From assembly GCA_003598015.1 (NCBI GenBank), contig QZKE01000021.1, positions 10,701 through 74,700 on the forward strand: a stretch of 64,000 nucleotides of DNA, read 5' to 3'. Within the stretch, counting starts at the first letter, position 1. Every line of letters starts with the position of its first letter. Shown here piece by piece: positions 36,054 through 44,890 of the stretch. Under the pieces are notes generated by a model, which saw only the letters and a program-made list of their open reading frames with translations, was not told the origin of the DNA and searched no databases. Source of the DNA: Actinomycetota bacterium (GTDB taxonomy: Bacteria; Actinomycetota; Geothermincolia; Geothermincolales; RBG-13-55-18). The position numbers and the translations under genes are program-made.

Positions 36054-36836
36054 TGGCCCCTTCCTCCTCTCCATGTCTGGTTCAAAGGGATAAGCGTTGT
36101 GCGTTTCATATCGCCCCGGAATACAATGTCGGCAGCCTCCATCATGCATATGCCATGAGGTTGAGCACATAGCGCTCAGCCCGCAAGCAGCCGGTTGCGA
36201 AGCTCGTTCCACGTTCGGCTGCCTGTAATGCAGTGGTGCGGATAATCGCGTGATTCCCCATAGCGTTTCCCGATGCATTTATTCTACCTGAACCGCAGGC
36301 GGTTTTCATGGGAAGGTGAAGAATGAAGACGTTTTTTGGGATGATAAGAAGCGGGGGACAGGCATGATGTCAGTCAAAGATGCATAATCCGCATCCGCTT
36401 CGATGCCAATATCGCCATCCTCAATGAGGAGATCGAGCACGAGGCATGGTTCTCCGAGTTCCTGGGAGAGGGACCCTCGGGTCACTTCGCGCGCAGGACT
36501 CGCGGAGAGCCGCCGTTCGTGTCCGGGTTCCTCCATCCCTGATGAATCGTACAAAGGCTGCGAAACAAGGCCGGGCTGCATCACGCGGCACGGCCTCTCT
36601 CTATTCAAGATGCAGGCACGGAGATATATGATGGGTGTGCCGGCGTATGTCATGCCCAAAGATACGAAGCGCGAAAGCTTGCATGGATCGGCTGTACGGG
36701 ATGGGATAATCAGGGGGTAGTGATTATGGACAAGGGGGATGGTCCTGGAGATGGACGTCGACGTGGTAGTTCCCGGCCACGGCCCGGTGTGCGACAGAGG
36801 CGCCCTCTCCCTGGCACAACCTGTAGGGGAGCGAGA

Positions 36837-36914
36837 ATGAAGCTGGTCACCTATGTGCGGGAGGACGGATCGCAACATCTGGGCGTCCTGGCCGAGGAGG
36901 GGGGGACTGTTTAG
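36837..36914 (+). pseudogene. 25-codon N-terminal stub resembling fumarylacetoacetate-hydrolase (FAH) family proteins
   Basis: RBS AGGGGAG, then MKLVTYVREDGSQHLGVLAEEGGTV followed by TAG. MKLVTF..dG....G.l..dg is the usual FAH-family N-terminus. No continuation is recognisable in any frame. Confidence 0.35.
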
Positions 36915-36985
36915 TCTATGGTTGCAGGCCCGAAGCCCACGGCACCGCATCGCCGACCGGCACAGACCTCGGGGGGTTGAAACGT

Positions 36986-38491
36986 ATGAACCTGGCTGAT
37001 TTTCTCATCGAAACAACAGGCCGCTTGCCGGATCAGAACGCATTGAGCTTCAAGGGAGAGACGGTATCCTTCCTGGAGATGGACCGCCGGGTCGACGCCC
37101 TGGTGCGCGGGCTCGGCCGCCGGGGGCTGGGGCTCGGGGACAGATGCGTCCTGATGATGCCGAACTCCATCGCCTGGGTACTGTTATACTACGCCCTCGC
37201 CAGGCTCGGCGCCGTCGTTGTGCCCGTCAACCCCGTCTACCGCAGGGGCGAACTGCAGCACATCTTCAGCGACTCGGGGGCGAAAGCCTTCATCGGACAC
37301 GCCGATTTCCTGGATGAAGCGATGCCCGTCGTCGAGTCGCTGCAGCAAATGAGCATCCGCATCGTGGACGGCGAGGCTGTCCCCGCCGGGTGTGTCCCCC
37401 TGTCCGGACTCTTCGACTACTCGCGGAGTACCGTGACCTACGCCGCGACCGCCGCGGGAGACCCCTTCGCCATCATCTATACCAGCGGCACTACCGGGCT
37501 GCCTAAGGGAGCGGTGCTCACCCACGGCAACCTCATGAGCGATGTCCTAGCCGTATCGGGGCTGCGTACTTCCGAGCCGGGAGACATCGTGCTTTCGGCG
37601 CTGCCCCTCTTCCATATCTACGGGCAGACCCACGCCCTCAACCTGTCCATCTACAGCGGGCTGACCCTGCGCATGTGGGACCGTTTCGACCCCGCCGAGA
37701 TCATCGCGGCTATCGAGGAGGAGGGAAGCACCGTCCTCTACGCGGTGCCCACGATGATAAACCGGCTGGTGGAGCAGGCAGACTCCTCTCTCCCGCGAAG
37801 GTCCAGCCTGCGTTTCTGCGTATCGGGCGGAGCTTCGCTCCCCCTCGAGGTCTTCAAGCGTTTCGAGGAGATCTTCTCTACCTGGATCATGGAGGGCTAC
37901 GGGCTCACGGAATCCTCGCCGACCTGCCTCGAGAACCCGCCTGGACGCACCCGCATCGGTTCCATCGGATTCCCCGTCCCCGGATTCCGGGCCCGCGTAG
38001 TCGATGACGAGGACAACGACGTTCCGCCCGGCGAAGTCGGCGAACTGGTGATCGCCGGTCCGGGGGTTATGCAGGGGTACCTCAACCAGCCGGAGGCCAC
38101 CGCGGCCACCCTCAAGGGGGGCTGGCTGCACACCGGCGACCTGGCCCGCCAGGACGAGGACGGATACTTCTATATAGTGGACCGTAAGAAGGAGATGATC
38201 ATCAGGGGCGGCTACAACGTCTACCCGCGGGAGATCGAGGAGGTCTTCTACGAGCACCCCGCCGTGCTCGAGGCCGCGGTGCTGGGCATTCCCCATCATG
38301 ACCTGGGGGAGGAGGTGGCGGCCGCGGTGGTCCTCAAGCCGGACGCCGGGGCGAGCGAAGAGGAGTTGCAGCAGTTCGTCAGGGAGCGCATCGCGCCCTA
38401 TAAGTACCCCAGGGTGATAAAGCTGGTGGACGAACTGCCCAGGAATTCCGCCGGCAAGGTCCTGAAGCGCGATATCTCGCTGGAGGGTTAG
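36986..38491 (+). CDS. AMP-dependent acyl-CoA synthetase/ligase
   Basis: About 501 aa. YTSGTTGLPKGA, GYGLTE, GWLHTGDLA and PRNSAGKVLKR. TTG 36977 is an alternative start. Confidence 0.9.
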   Translation: MNLADFLIETTGRLPDQNALSFKGETVSFLEMDRRVDALVRGLGRRGLGLGDRCVLMMPNSIAWVLLYYALARLGAVVVPVNPVYRRGELQHIFSDSGAKAFIGHADFLDEAMPVVESLQQMSIRIVDGEAVPAGCVPLSGLFDYSRSTVTYAATAAGDPFAIIYTSGTTGLPKGAVLTHGNLMSDVLAVSGLRTSEPGDIVLSALPLFHIYGQTHALNLSIYSGLTLRMWDRFDPAEIIAAIEEEGSTVLYAVPTMINRLVEQADSSLPRRSSLRFCVSGGASLPLEVFKRFEEIFSTWIMEGYGLTESSPTCLENPPGRTRIGSIGFPVPGFRARVVDDEDNDVPPGEVGELVIAGPGVMQGYLNQPEATAATLKGGWLHTGDLARQDEDGYFYIVDRKKEMIIRGGYNVYPREIEEVFYEHPAVLEAAVLGIPHHDLGEEVAAAVVLKPDAGASEEELQQFVRERIAPYKYPRVIKLVDELPRNSAGKVLKRDISLEG

Positions 38492-39672
38492 GCGTCCTCC
38501 CGCGGCCGGTTACGGCCCAGCTTCTCATGGGCGCCCACCCATTCATCCGAGGTTATCGCCCCGACCAGGGATATCTCTCCGGCCAGCACTACCGCCGCGA
38601 CGATCTCGGCGAACTTCCCGGCGTTTCCCGCGCCCCTGCAGCCGAGGATGTCGAGGCACTCTCCCTGCGTAGGCAGGCTGGTTCCGCCACCGACCGTGCC
38701 CACGATAAGCGACGGCAGGGTAGCGGCGAAGTAGAGGCCGCCCTCGGCGGGCCTCAGGTCTAGGATATCCACGTGAGATTCGGCGACGTTCGCCGCATCG
38801 TTGCCGCAGGCGATGAAGAGCGCGGCGATGCCGTTGGCGGCGTGAAACCCGTTGCTCACGCAGCCGGCGTAGATGGCGCTCAAGGTCCCGCTCAGGAAGT
38901 TGTCGAGTACGACAGCGGTCGTGGTCCGCAGGCGCTCCCTCAAGACGCCCTCGGGTATCTCCACCTCGGCGGTTACCTTCTTGCCCCTGCTCTTGAGCAC
39001 GTTTATCTGAGAGTACTTCTTGTCCGAGCAGAACTTGGAGGCCAGGTTGAAGGACTCTACCGCGTCCCAGCCCGGGTACGACTCCGCTATGTCCCGGCAG
39101 ACCTGGCTGGTAGCCAGGTTCACCATGTTCTGACCCGCCGCGTCCCCGGTATGGAAGCCGAAGCGTACGTAGACGTTTCTGCCCAGGTTGAAGATATCGA
39201 CGTCGCTCAGTCTGCCGTGCGACGTCGTCTTGCTCACGGCGGCGTCCATGATCTCGCGCTTGTCCGCGAGCCACCGGGTAAACTTTTCCGCTTCCGCGAG
39301 GGAGGAGAAGCGGAACATCGGGGCGCGCTGCATATGGTCCTCGAATATCTTCACGCGGCATCCCCCCGACTCCCCGATCACTCGCATGCCCCGGTTGTAC
39401 GAGGCTACCAGCGAGCCCTCCGTGGTGGCCAGCGGCACGTAGAATTCACCCCGGGCGTGGTCCCCGTGGATGAGCAGGGGACCGGCGAGCCCGATGGGGA
39501 GCCTGGCCGTGCCGATGTAGTTCTCGATGTTGCCCTTGACGGTTTCGGGAGAGTAGGGGTCTCTTTTTATCCATGCGATGCCCGCCCCCCTCTCCTCGAC
39601 GAAGAGCTGCCTCTGGAGGACATCCTTTTCCTCGCCGCCCCGCGGAAGCCTGCGTGTTTCGTACGAACCCAT
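38488..39672 (-). CDS. hydroxymethylglutaryl-CoA reductase, class I (short, soluble, archaeal-type)
   Basis: 394 aa. TTEGSLVAS, GDAAGQNM and GTVGGGTSLPTQ correspond to the class-I EGCLVAS / DAMGMN / GTVGGGT motifs. Its stop overlaps the convergent ligase stop (38488-38491). Confidence 0.85.
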   Translation of the reverse strand: MGSYETRRLPRGGEEKDVLQRQLFVEERGAGIAWIKRDPYSPETVKGNIENYIGTARLPIGLAGPLLIHGDHARGEFYVPLATTEGSLVASYNRGMRVIGESGGCRVKIFEDHMQRAPMFRFSSLAEAEKFTRWLADKREIMDAAVSKTTSHGRLSDVDIFNLGRNVYVRFGFHTGDAAGQNMVNLATSQVCRDIAESYPGWDAVESFNLASKFCSDKKYSQINVLKSRGKKVTAEVEIPEGVLRERLRTTTAVVLDNFLSGTLSAIYAGCVSNGFHAANGIAALFIACGNDAANVAESHVDILDLRPAEGGLYFAATLPSLIVGTVGGGTSLPTQGECLDILGCRGAGNAGKFAEIVAAVVLAGEISLVGAITSDEWVGAHEKLGRNRPREDA

Positions 39673-39712
39673 GACGCCGTGTCCTTTCCGTCATACCTGT
39701 CTTGGCCGGCCT

Positions 39713-40684
39713 CTACCTGGCCAGCATCTGCCCCAGCCGCCACAGGCCAGGGCTCAATTCCTTGCGCTTGGAGACGACCTCCTCCAGGGGGATCAACGCC
39801 ACGCCGTTGTATCTCCAGCCGACCAGCATGCCCGTCTTACCGTCGGCCAGGGCCCGTACCGCCGACGATCCCAGGCGGGCGGCGAGATAGCGGTCGTAAA
39901 CCGTGGGTGCGCCACCCCGCTGGACATGACCCAGGATGGTAACCCGTAGCTCGAAATCGAGCTCATGCTGGCGCTCTCTCATGTATGCGGCGATCTTTTC
40001 GACGTTGTTCCTGGCGCCGTCGGCGATGACCGCGATGGCGTACCTCTTTCCCCGCTCGTAGGCCAGGTGCAGTTCCCTGGCAACCTCCTCAGGCTCCATC
40101 TCGAACTCCGGCGTGACGATGACCTCGGCCGCACTGGCGATGCCGGACATCAGTGCCAGGTAACCATAGTCCCTTCCCATCACCTGCACAAGGAAGGCGC
40201 GGCGGTGGGATTCGGCTGTCGTCCTTATGCGATCGAGGGAAGAGATGATGGTGTTCAGGGCGGTATCCACGCCTATGGATATATCCGTGCCGTAGAGGTC
40301 GTTGTCCACGGTGGAGGCCACTCCCACCACCGGGTATCCATGGCAGTGGAGGGCGAAGGTGCCCTTCTGGGAGCCGCTGCCGCCGATGACGATGAGGCCG
40401 TCCATATCCATAGCGTTGAGGTTCGCAATCGCCGCGAGCTGCGCCCCCTCGTTTTCGAAGGCCGCACACCTGGCAGTGCCCAGGAAGGTGCCGCCTTCCT
40501 GCATCGATTCCTCCAGGTCCCCGACGCTTATGGGGACGATGTCCCCCTCTATCAGGCCGTCATAGCCCCTTTTTACGCCGAGGACTTCTACTCCCAGTTC
40601 GACACCCATGCGGTAAACGGCGTTTACCGCGGCGTTCATGCCGGGAGCGTCTCCACCACTGGTGACCACCGCGATGCGTCGCAT
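39713..40684 (-). CDS. pfkA: 6-phosphofructokinase (PfkA family)
   Basis: 323 aa. IAVVTSGGDAPGMNAAV, STVDNDL, MGRDYG and GHVQRGG. Confidence 0.9.
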   Translation of the reverse strand: MRRIAVVTSGGDAPGMNAAVNAVYRMGVELGVEVLGVKRGYDGLIEGDIVPISVGDLEESMQEGGTFLGTARCAAFENEGAQLAAIANLNAMDMDGLIVIGGSGSQKGTFALHCHGYPVVGVASTVDNDLYGTDISIGVDTALNTIISSLDRIRTTAESHRRAFLVQVMGRDYGYLALMSGIASAAEVIVTPEFEMEPEEVARELHLAYERGKRYAIAVIADGARNNVEKIAAYMRERQHELDFELRVTILGHVQRGGAPTVYDRYLAARLGSSAVRALADGKTGMLVGWRYNGVALIPLEEVVSKRKELSPGLWRLGQMLAR

Positions 40685-40808
40685 CTCATTTCCCCTTCAC
40701 ATCGTTATCCGCCAAGCTTCGTCGATCCGGCGCTCAAGACCCGATCGCGTTCATTGGGTACGCGGGTTTCGTGGTTGCCGGTGGGGCGTTAGTGCCGCAT
40801 ACAGTCCT

Positions 40809-41879
40809 TCAGGCAACCGTTACCCCTGCGCACAGGTAGACGTCCTGAATGGCATGGAAAAGCTCTATACCTTCCTGCATGGGCTTCTGGAAGGTCTTCC
40901 GGCCGCTGATCAAGCCCATACCTCCGGCCCGCTTGTTGATCACCGCCGTGCGAACGACGGCGGAGAGGTCGTCCTTGCCGGATTCGCCGCCCGAATTTAT
41001 CAGACCCACCCTGCCCATGAAGTTGTTGGCGACCTGGTAGCGGGTAAGGTCGATGGGATGGTCGGAACATAACTCGTCGTACATCCTGTCGTCGTATCTG
41101 CCATAACTGATACCCGATTGGTTGAGGGCGATGTAGCCGCCGTTCTTGTCGGGCTGTTTCTGCTTGATGATGTCGGCTTCGATGGTAGCGCCAAGGTAAT
41201 CGGCCTGCCCGGTGAGATCCGCCGCGGTGCTGTAGTCCCGGCCTTTCTGCCTGTAGGCCTGGTTGCGCAGGTAGCACCAGAGGATGGTGCCCATGCCCAG
41301 CTCGTGCGCAGCGCGGAAAGCCTCACCGACCTCCTGTATCTGGCGCTTGCTCTCCTCGGAGCCGAAGTAAATAGTGGCTCCAACGGCTACGGCGCCGAGC
41401 TCGAAACCCTGTTGCACGGCGGCGAAGGGTATCTGGTCATACTCGTTAGGGTAAGTGAGCAGTTCGTTATGGTTGAGCTTGAGGATGAAGGGTATCTTGT
41501 GGACGTATTTTCTGGCCACGCTTCCGAGCACGCCGAGGGTGCTGGCGATGCCGTTGCATCCGGCCTCGATGGCCAGCCTGATGATGTTCTCGGGGTCGAA
41601 ATAGATGGGATTGGGTGCAAAGGAGGCTCCGGCGGAGTGCTCGACGCCCTGGTCGACGGGGAGGATGGAGAGGTATCCCGTATCCCCCAGCCGGCCATGC
41701 CCGAACAGTGTCCCGAGGTTCCTCAACACCGCGGCGTGGCGATCCGAGGGGAGGAATACGCGCTCCATCCAATCGGGGCCGGGGATATGCAGGTTTTCAG
41801 TCGGGATCTTGGGTGCAGAGAAATCGAGAAGATAATCGGCTTCCTCCCCGAGCAATCCGCGGATCTCGTCGTAGTCCAT
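40809..41879 (-). CDS. fbaB: class I fructose-bisphosphate aldolase, FbaB/DhnA type
   Basis: 356 aa, collinear with E. coli FbaB as I recall it: [50 protein letters not shown]. Confidence 0.9.
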   Translation of the reverse strand: MDYDEIRGLLGEEADYLLDFSAPKIPTENLHIPGPDWMERVFLPSDRHAAVLRNLGTLFGHGRLGDTGYLSILPVDQGVEHSAGASFAPNPIYFDPENIIRLAIEAGCNGIASTLGVLGSVARKYVHKIPFILKLNHNELLTYPNEYDQIPFAAVQQGFELGAVAVGATIYFGSEESKRQIQEVGEAFRAAHELGMGTILWCYLRNQAYRQKGRDYSTAADLTGQADYLGATIEADIIKQKQPDKNGGYIALNQSGISYGRYDDRMYDELCSDHPIDLTRYQVANNFMGRVGLINSGGESGKDDLSAVVRTAVINKRAGGMGLISGRKTFQKPMQEGIELFHAIQDVYLCAGVTVA

Positions 41880-41978
41880 GGTGACACCCCCTGAGCATTA
41901 CCGGACATCTCCAATCGTTTCGGGCTCGAGATCAATGGTTCTTTCCCGAGGCCGGGACCATACTAGTCTCATCATCGC

Positions 41979-42009
41979 TTCACCCACGCTTTTCGGAGAA
42001 GAACCATAT
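41979..42009 (-). promoter_or_regulatory. copy 2 of the 31-nt conserved upstream motif (upstream of fbaB)
   Basis: The plus strand reads TTCACCCACGCTTTTCGGAGAAGAACCATAT, 99 nt upstream of the fbaB ATG. Confidence 0.6.
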
Positions 42010-42052
42010 CAATATACTACCATCTTGCGTGCAGGTCGTTGCAGCAAGCAGG

Positions 42053-42457
42053 TTACAGGAAGAGGCGGGTGAGCGAGGTCGCGATGATGCTTACCACGCC
42101 GGTCAGGAGCGCCCCCCATGCCAGGTCGACGACGGTCACGATCACCGGCCATTCCTTGAGGGTCGCCTGGTTGGTGAGGTCGTAGGTGGCATAAGCGAAC
42201 AAGCCCAGGATCGCGCCGAGCCCGAATACCTTGAGATAACCCGTTTCGTTGCTTACCGCTCTCACCACTACCAGGACCGCGGCCCCCAAGGCATATATGA
42301 GGTAGAATACGGCGGCCGGCGCCAGCCTGGGTTTGTCGGCCAGAAGGGAACCTATACGTGCCTGGTAGAAGCGTTTCGACATGGCGAAGAGCCACACGGA
42401 ATCTATAGCCAGCATGGGCAGCAGGAAACAGAAATAGGCGATGACATAAGTCTTCAT
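42053..42457 (-). CDS. small integral membrane protein, DUF2177-like
   Basis: 134 aa with four predicted TM helices. The N-terminus ...LLPMLAIDSVWL...RFY... resembles DUF2177 as I recall it. Confidence 0.55.
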   Translation of the reverse strand: MKTYVIAYFCFLLPMLAIDSVWLFAMSKRFYQARIGSLLADKPRLAPAAVFYLIYALGAAVLVVVRAVSNETGYLKVFGLGAILGLFAYATYDLTNQATLKEWPVIVTVVDLAWGALLTGVVSIIATSLTRLFL

Positions 42458-42469
42458 GATTGTACTCTC

Positions 42470-43258
42470 CTATGTTCCTCGAGCACGTTTCTTGAACCAG
42501 GGGATGAAGACGCTCGTCGTCCGCTTATATTCGTCCCATCCCGGGGTCTTCTCCATCAGCTTCTCGGTCATAGGTATGCCGGATACGAAGAGGAGCATGC
42601 CCGTTATGACCAGGGGCCCGATAACGCCGATCCATCCCCATGGCTGATTGAGGGCGATGACGAAGATGCCCCACCACATGGTCGCTTCGCCGAAGTAGTT
42701 GGGATGGCGCGTGTACTGCCATAGACCCCTGTCGATGATGGTCCCGCGGTTGGCCGGGTCCTTGAGGAAGGTGTCGAGTTGGTGATCGCCGATGGTCTCG
42801 AAGAGGAAACCGATCACCCAAATGGCCAGGCCGATATAATCGGACCATACCAGGGTCTCTCTGATGCCCGACATGATGAGCAGCACGGGTGTGACGTTGA
42901 GCATGAGGATGAAGCCCTGGAAGAGGAAGAGCTGGAAGTAGCCGCGCAGGACGAACCACTCCCCCCATTCCTCGCGGAATTTCACGTAACGAGGGTCCTC
43001 CCCCCGGCCTTTGTTGCGGCGGAATATGCGTATCCCCAGGCGCAGGCCCCATACGGTCACCAGGGCCGCAACCAGGAGCTGGCGCGCCCCGAAATCGGCG
43101 TTGATGATAAGTACCACCCAGCTCACGACGATGAAGCTGGGGCCCCAGGCGATATCCAGGATGCTGTTGTCCTTGATGATAATGGCGACGACGAAGAGGA
43201 CGCTGAAGTAGGCGAAAGCGGTTATCGTCGCAAAGAGTACTGTCTCCGGGATATTCAT
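42470..43258 (-). CDS. DUF1295 / steroid-5-alpha-reductase-like membrane protein
   Basis: 262 aa, polytopic. GLWQYTRHPNYFGEATMWWG is the family signature. Confidence 0.7.
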   Translation of the reverse strand: MNIPETVLFATITAFAYFSVLFVVAIIIKDNSILDIAWGPSFIVVSWVVLIINADFGARQLLVAALVTVWGLRLGIRIFRRNKGRGEDPRYVKFREEWGEWFVLRGYFQLFLFQGFILMLNVTPVLLIMSGIRETLVWSDYIGLAIWVIGFLFETIGDHQLDTFLKDPANRGTIIDRGLWQYTRHPNYFGEATMWWGIFVIALNQPWGWIGVIGPLVITGMLLFVSGIPMTEKLMEKTPGWDEYKRTTSVFIPWFKKRARGT

Positions 43259-43284
43259 CTGCCTCCTTCCCTACACCATCATTA

Positions 43285-44064
43285 TCACTGCTCGGTAAGG
43301 CCTCTTTGTATGATGTCCCTCACGTCGCGGCTGAGCCTGTCGAGGGATTCGTCATCGTACTCGTCTATGTCAACCGGCGCATGGATCTTCATCGTGGCGC
43401 GCCCGGGGAAGAGGTCGAGGGTTTTGGGCGGCAGTATCTCGCGCGTGCCGGTGATGGTGACGGGCAGGATGGGCAGGCCCAAGTCCCGCGCGAGAACGAA
43501 AGCACCCTTCTTGAACTCACCCAGTTCACCGGTGCGGCTGCGCGTGCCCTCCGGCAGCATGATGATGGAGGTACCGCCCGTGGCCTTCTGCCGCGCTTTT
43601 TCCAGAGATCTGTATGCCTCCTTCGGGTTCGAGCGGTCGATTACGATATTGCCTCCCTTCTCGACAGCGTAGCCGAAGACGGGGTATCTCTTGAGCTCGG
43701 TCTTGATCACCCACTTGAGGTCTATGCCCAGCCACCCGAAGAGGACGAAGATATCATAGGAGCTCTGGTGGTTGGAAGCCACTATATACGATTGGCCTTT
43801 CCCGATATTCTCCCTTCCTGTCACGGTGACCCGCATAGGGGTGATGAAGCTATTGAAACGGGACCACCACACGCCCGTCGTCCGGTTGGCGACCCTATCG
43901 TCGAAGAGGAAGACGAAGACGGCGCCGAGCCCTACGAAGAAGCAGGTAGAGAGGATCAGAAGGGGCAGGAATATCAGCCATTTGTACGGCTGGTAGAGCA
44001 GCCACGGAAGCTCCCTGCGGGCCTTCGCTTCAGCCGCGCGTCGCGCGGGAGTACCTACACCCAA
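43285..44064 (-). CDS. 1-acyl-sn-glycerol-3-phosphate acyltransferase (PlsC/LPLAT family)
   Basis: 259 aa. NHQSSYD (HX4D) and LPEGTRSRTG, with an N-terminal TM segment and a TTG start. Confidence 0.85.
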   Translation of the reverse strand: MGVGTPARRAAEAKARRELPWLLYQPYKWLIFLPLLILSTCFFVGLGAVFVFLFDDRVANRTTGVWWSRFNSFITPMRVTVTGRENIGKGQSYIVASNHQSSYDIFVLFGWLGIDLKWVIKTELKRYPVFGYAVEKGGNIVIDRSNPKEAYRSLEKARQKATGGTSIIMLPEGTRSRTGELGEFKKGAFVLARDLGLPILPVTITGTREILPPKTLDLFPGRATMKIHAPVDIDEYDDESLDRLSRDVRDIIQRGLTEQ

Positions 44065-44293
44065 GCTCCTGACAACCCCCCGTTCAATCCATGCCGAGCA
44101 GGTCGTGGCGTTAGGAGTTATTTTACCCGCCGGTCACCCATTTTAAGCTCACATTTCGGGAGGAGAGACCGTTCAAGCGCACGGTTTCTCCGCTTCCATA
44201 CCCGGAAGGAATGTGGAGATAAATGCGGTAAATGGTTGTAATATTGCTATGGCGGATCCTTTCGGCTGGGATAAGTGAGGTAAGGAGTCAGCA

Positions 44294-44826
44294 ATGCGGT
44301 ACCCGCATCTCTGCAGCGAAGGCACGATCGGAAAGGTGGTTACAAGGAACCGAGTGGTAATGGAGCCCATGGGGACGGGAATGGCGAACTACGACGGCAC
44401 TCCATCTCAACAGCTCATCGACTATTACGGGGAAAGGGCGAAAAACGGGCTGGGCCTGCTCATCGTAGAGGTCACACGGGTCAACAGCGTCCATGGGGCG
44501 ACAATTCCCAGGCAGCTGTCCATGGCCCATGACCGCCACATCGCGCCCTTCGCCGCGAGCGGGAATACCGGCCCGAGTTCATCGTCTCTCATATGCTGGT
44601 GGAGATAGGGGGTGGGGAGATAACGCTGCAACACATGAAATCCGGCGACCGCATCTCACGTCAGATCGACAACGTTGTCCTGGCCGTGGGTGCCAAAGAG
44701 GATAAACGCCTAGCCGGGGAGCTCGAGCAGGTTTTTACGCGCGTCCGCACCGTAGGCGACGCGCATCGGGTGGGTCGCATTCATAACGCGGTGCGGGATG
44801 CCTTCGATACCGCCTGGGAGCTGTAG
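44294..44826 (+). pseudogene. 2-enoate reductase / 2,4-dienoyl-CoA reductase-type gene with a large internal deletion
   Basis: RBS AAGGAG. The first ~85 codons form an OYE N-terminus (MRYPHL...IGKVVTRNRVVMEPMGT...YYGERAKNGLGLLIVE). The frame then decays and stops at 44608. The overlapping ORF 44593-44826 encodes only the extreme C-terminus of the FAD/NAD domain (DNVVLAVGAKED...VRTVGDAHRVGRIHNAVRDAFDTAWEL). Confidence 0.6.
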
Positions 44827-44890
44827 GCAGGGGGCCAGTTCCTGTGCGCGTCCTTCTCCTTCCCGGGGGGACGGCAGGCGAGGCCCGATC

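Noticed and set aside
36306-36950. 214-aa minus-strand ORF in the coding-poor spacer
   Set aside because: It has no RBS or motifs and a low-complexity S/P/R-rich N-terminal half. It overlaps the FAH-like stub on the other strand. Only its last ~50 residues look remotely protein-like, which is insufficient.
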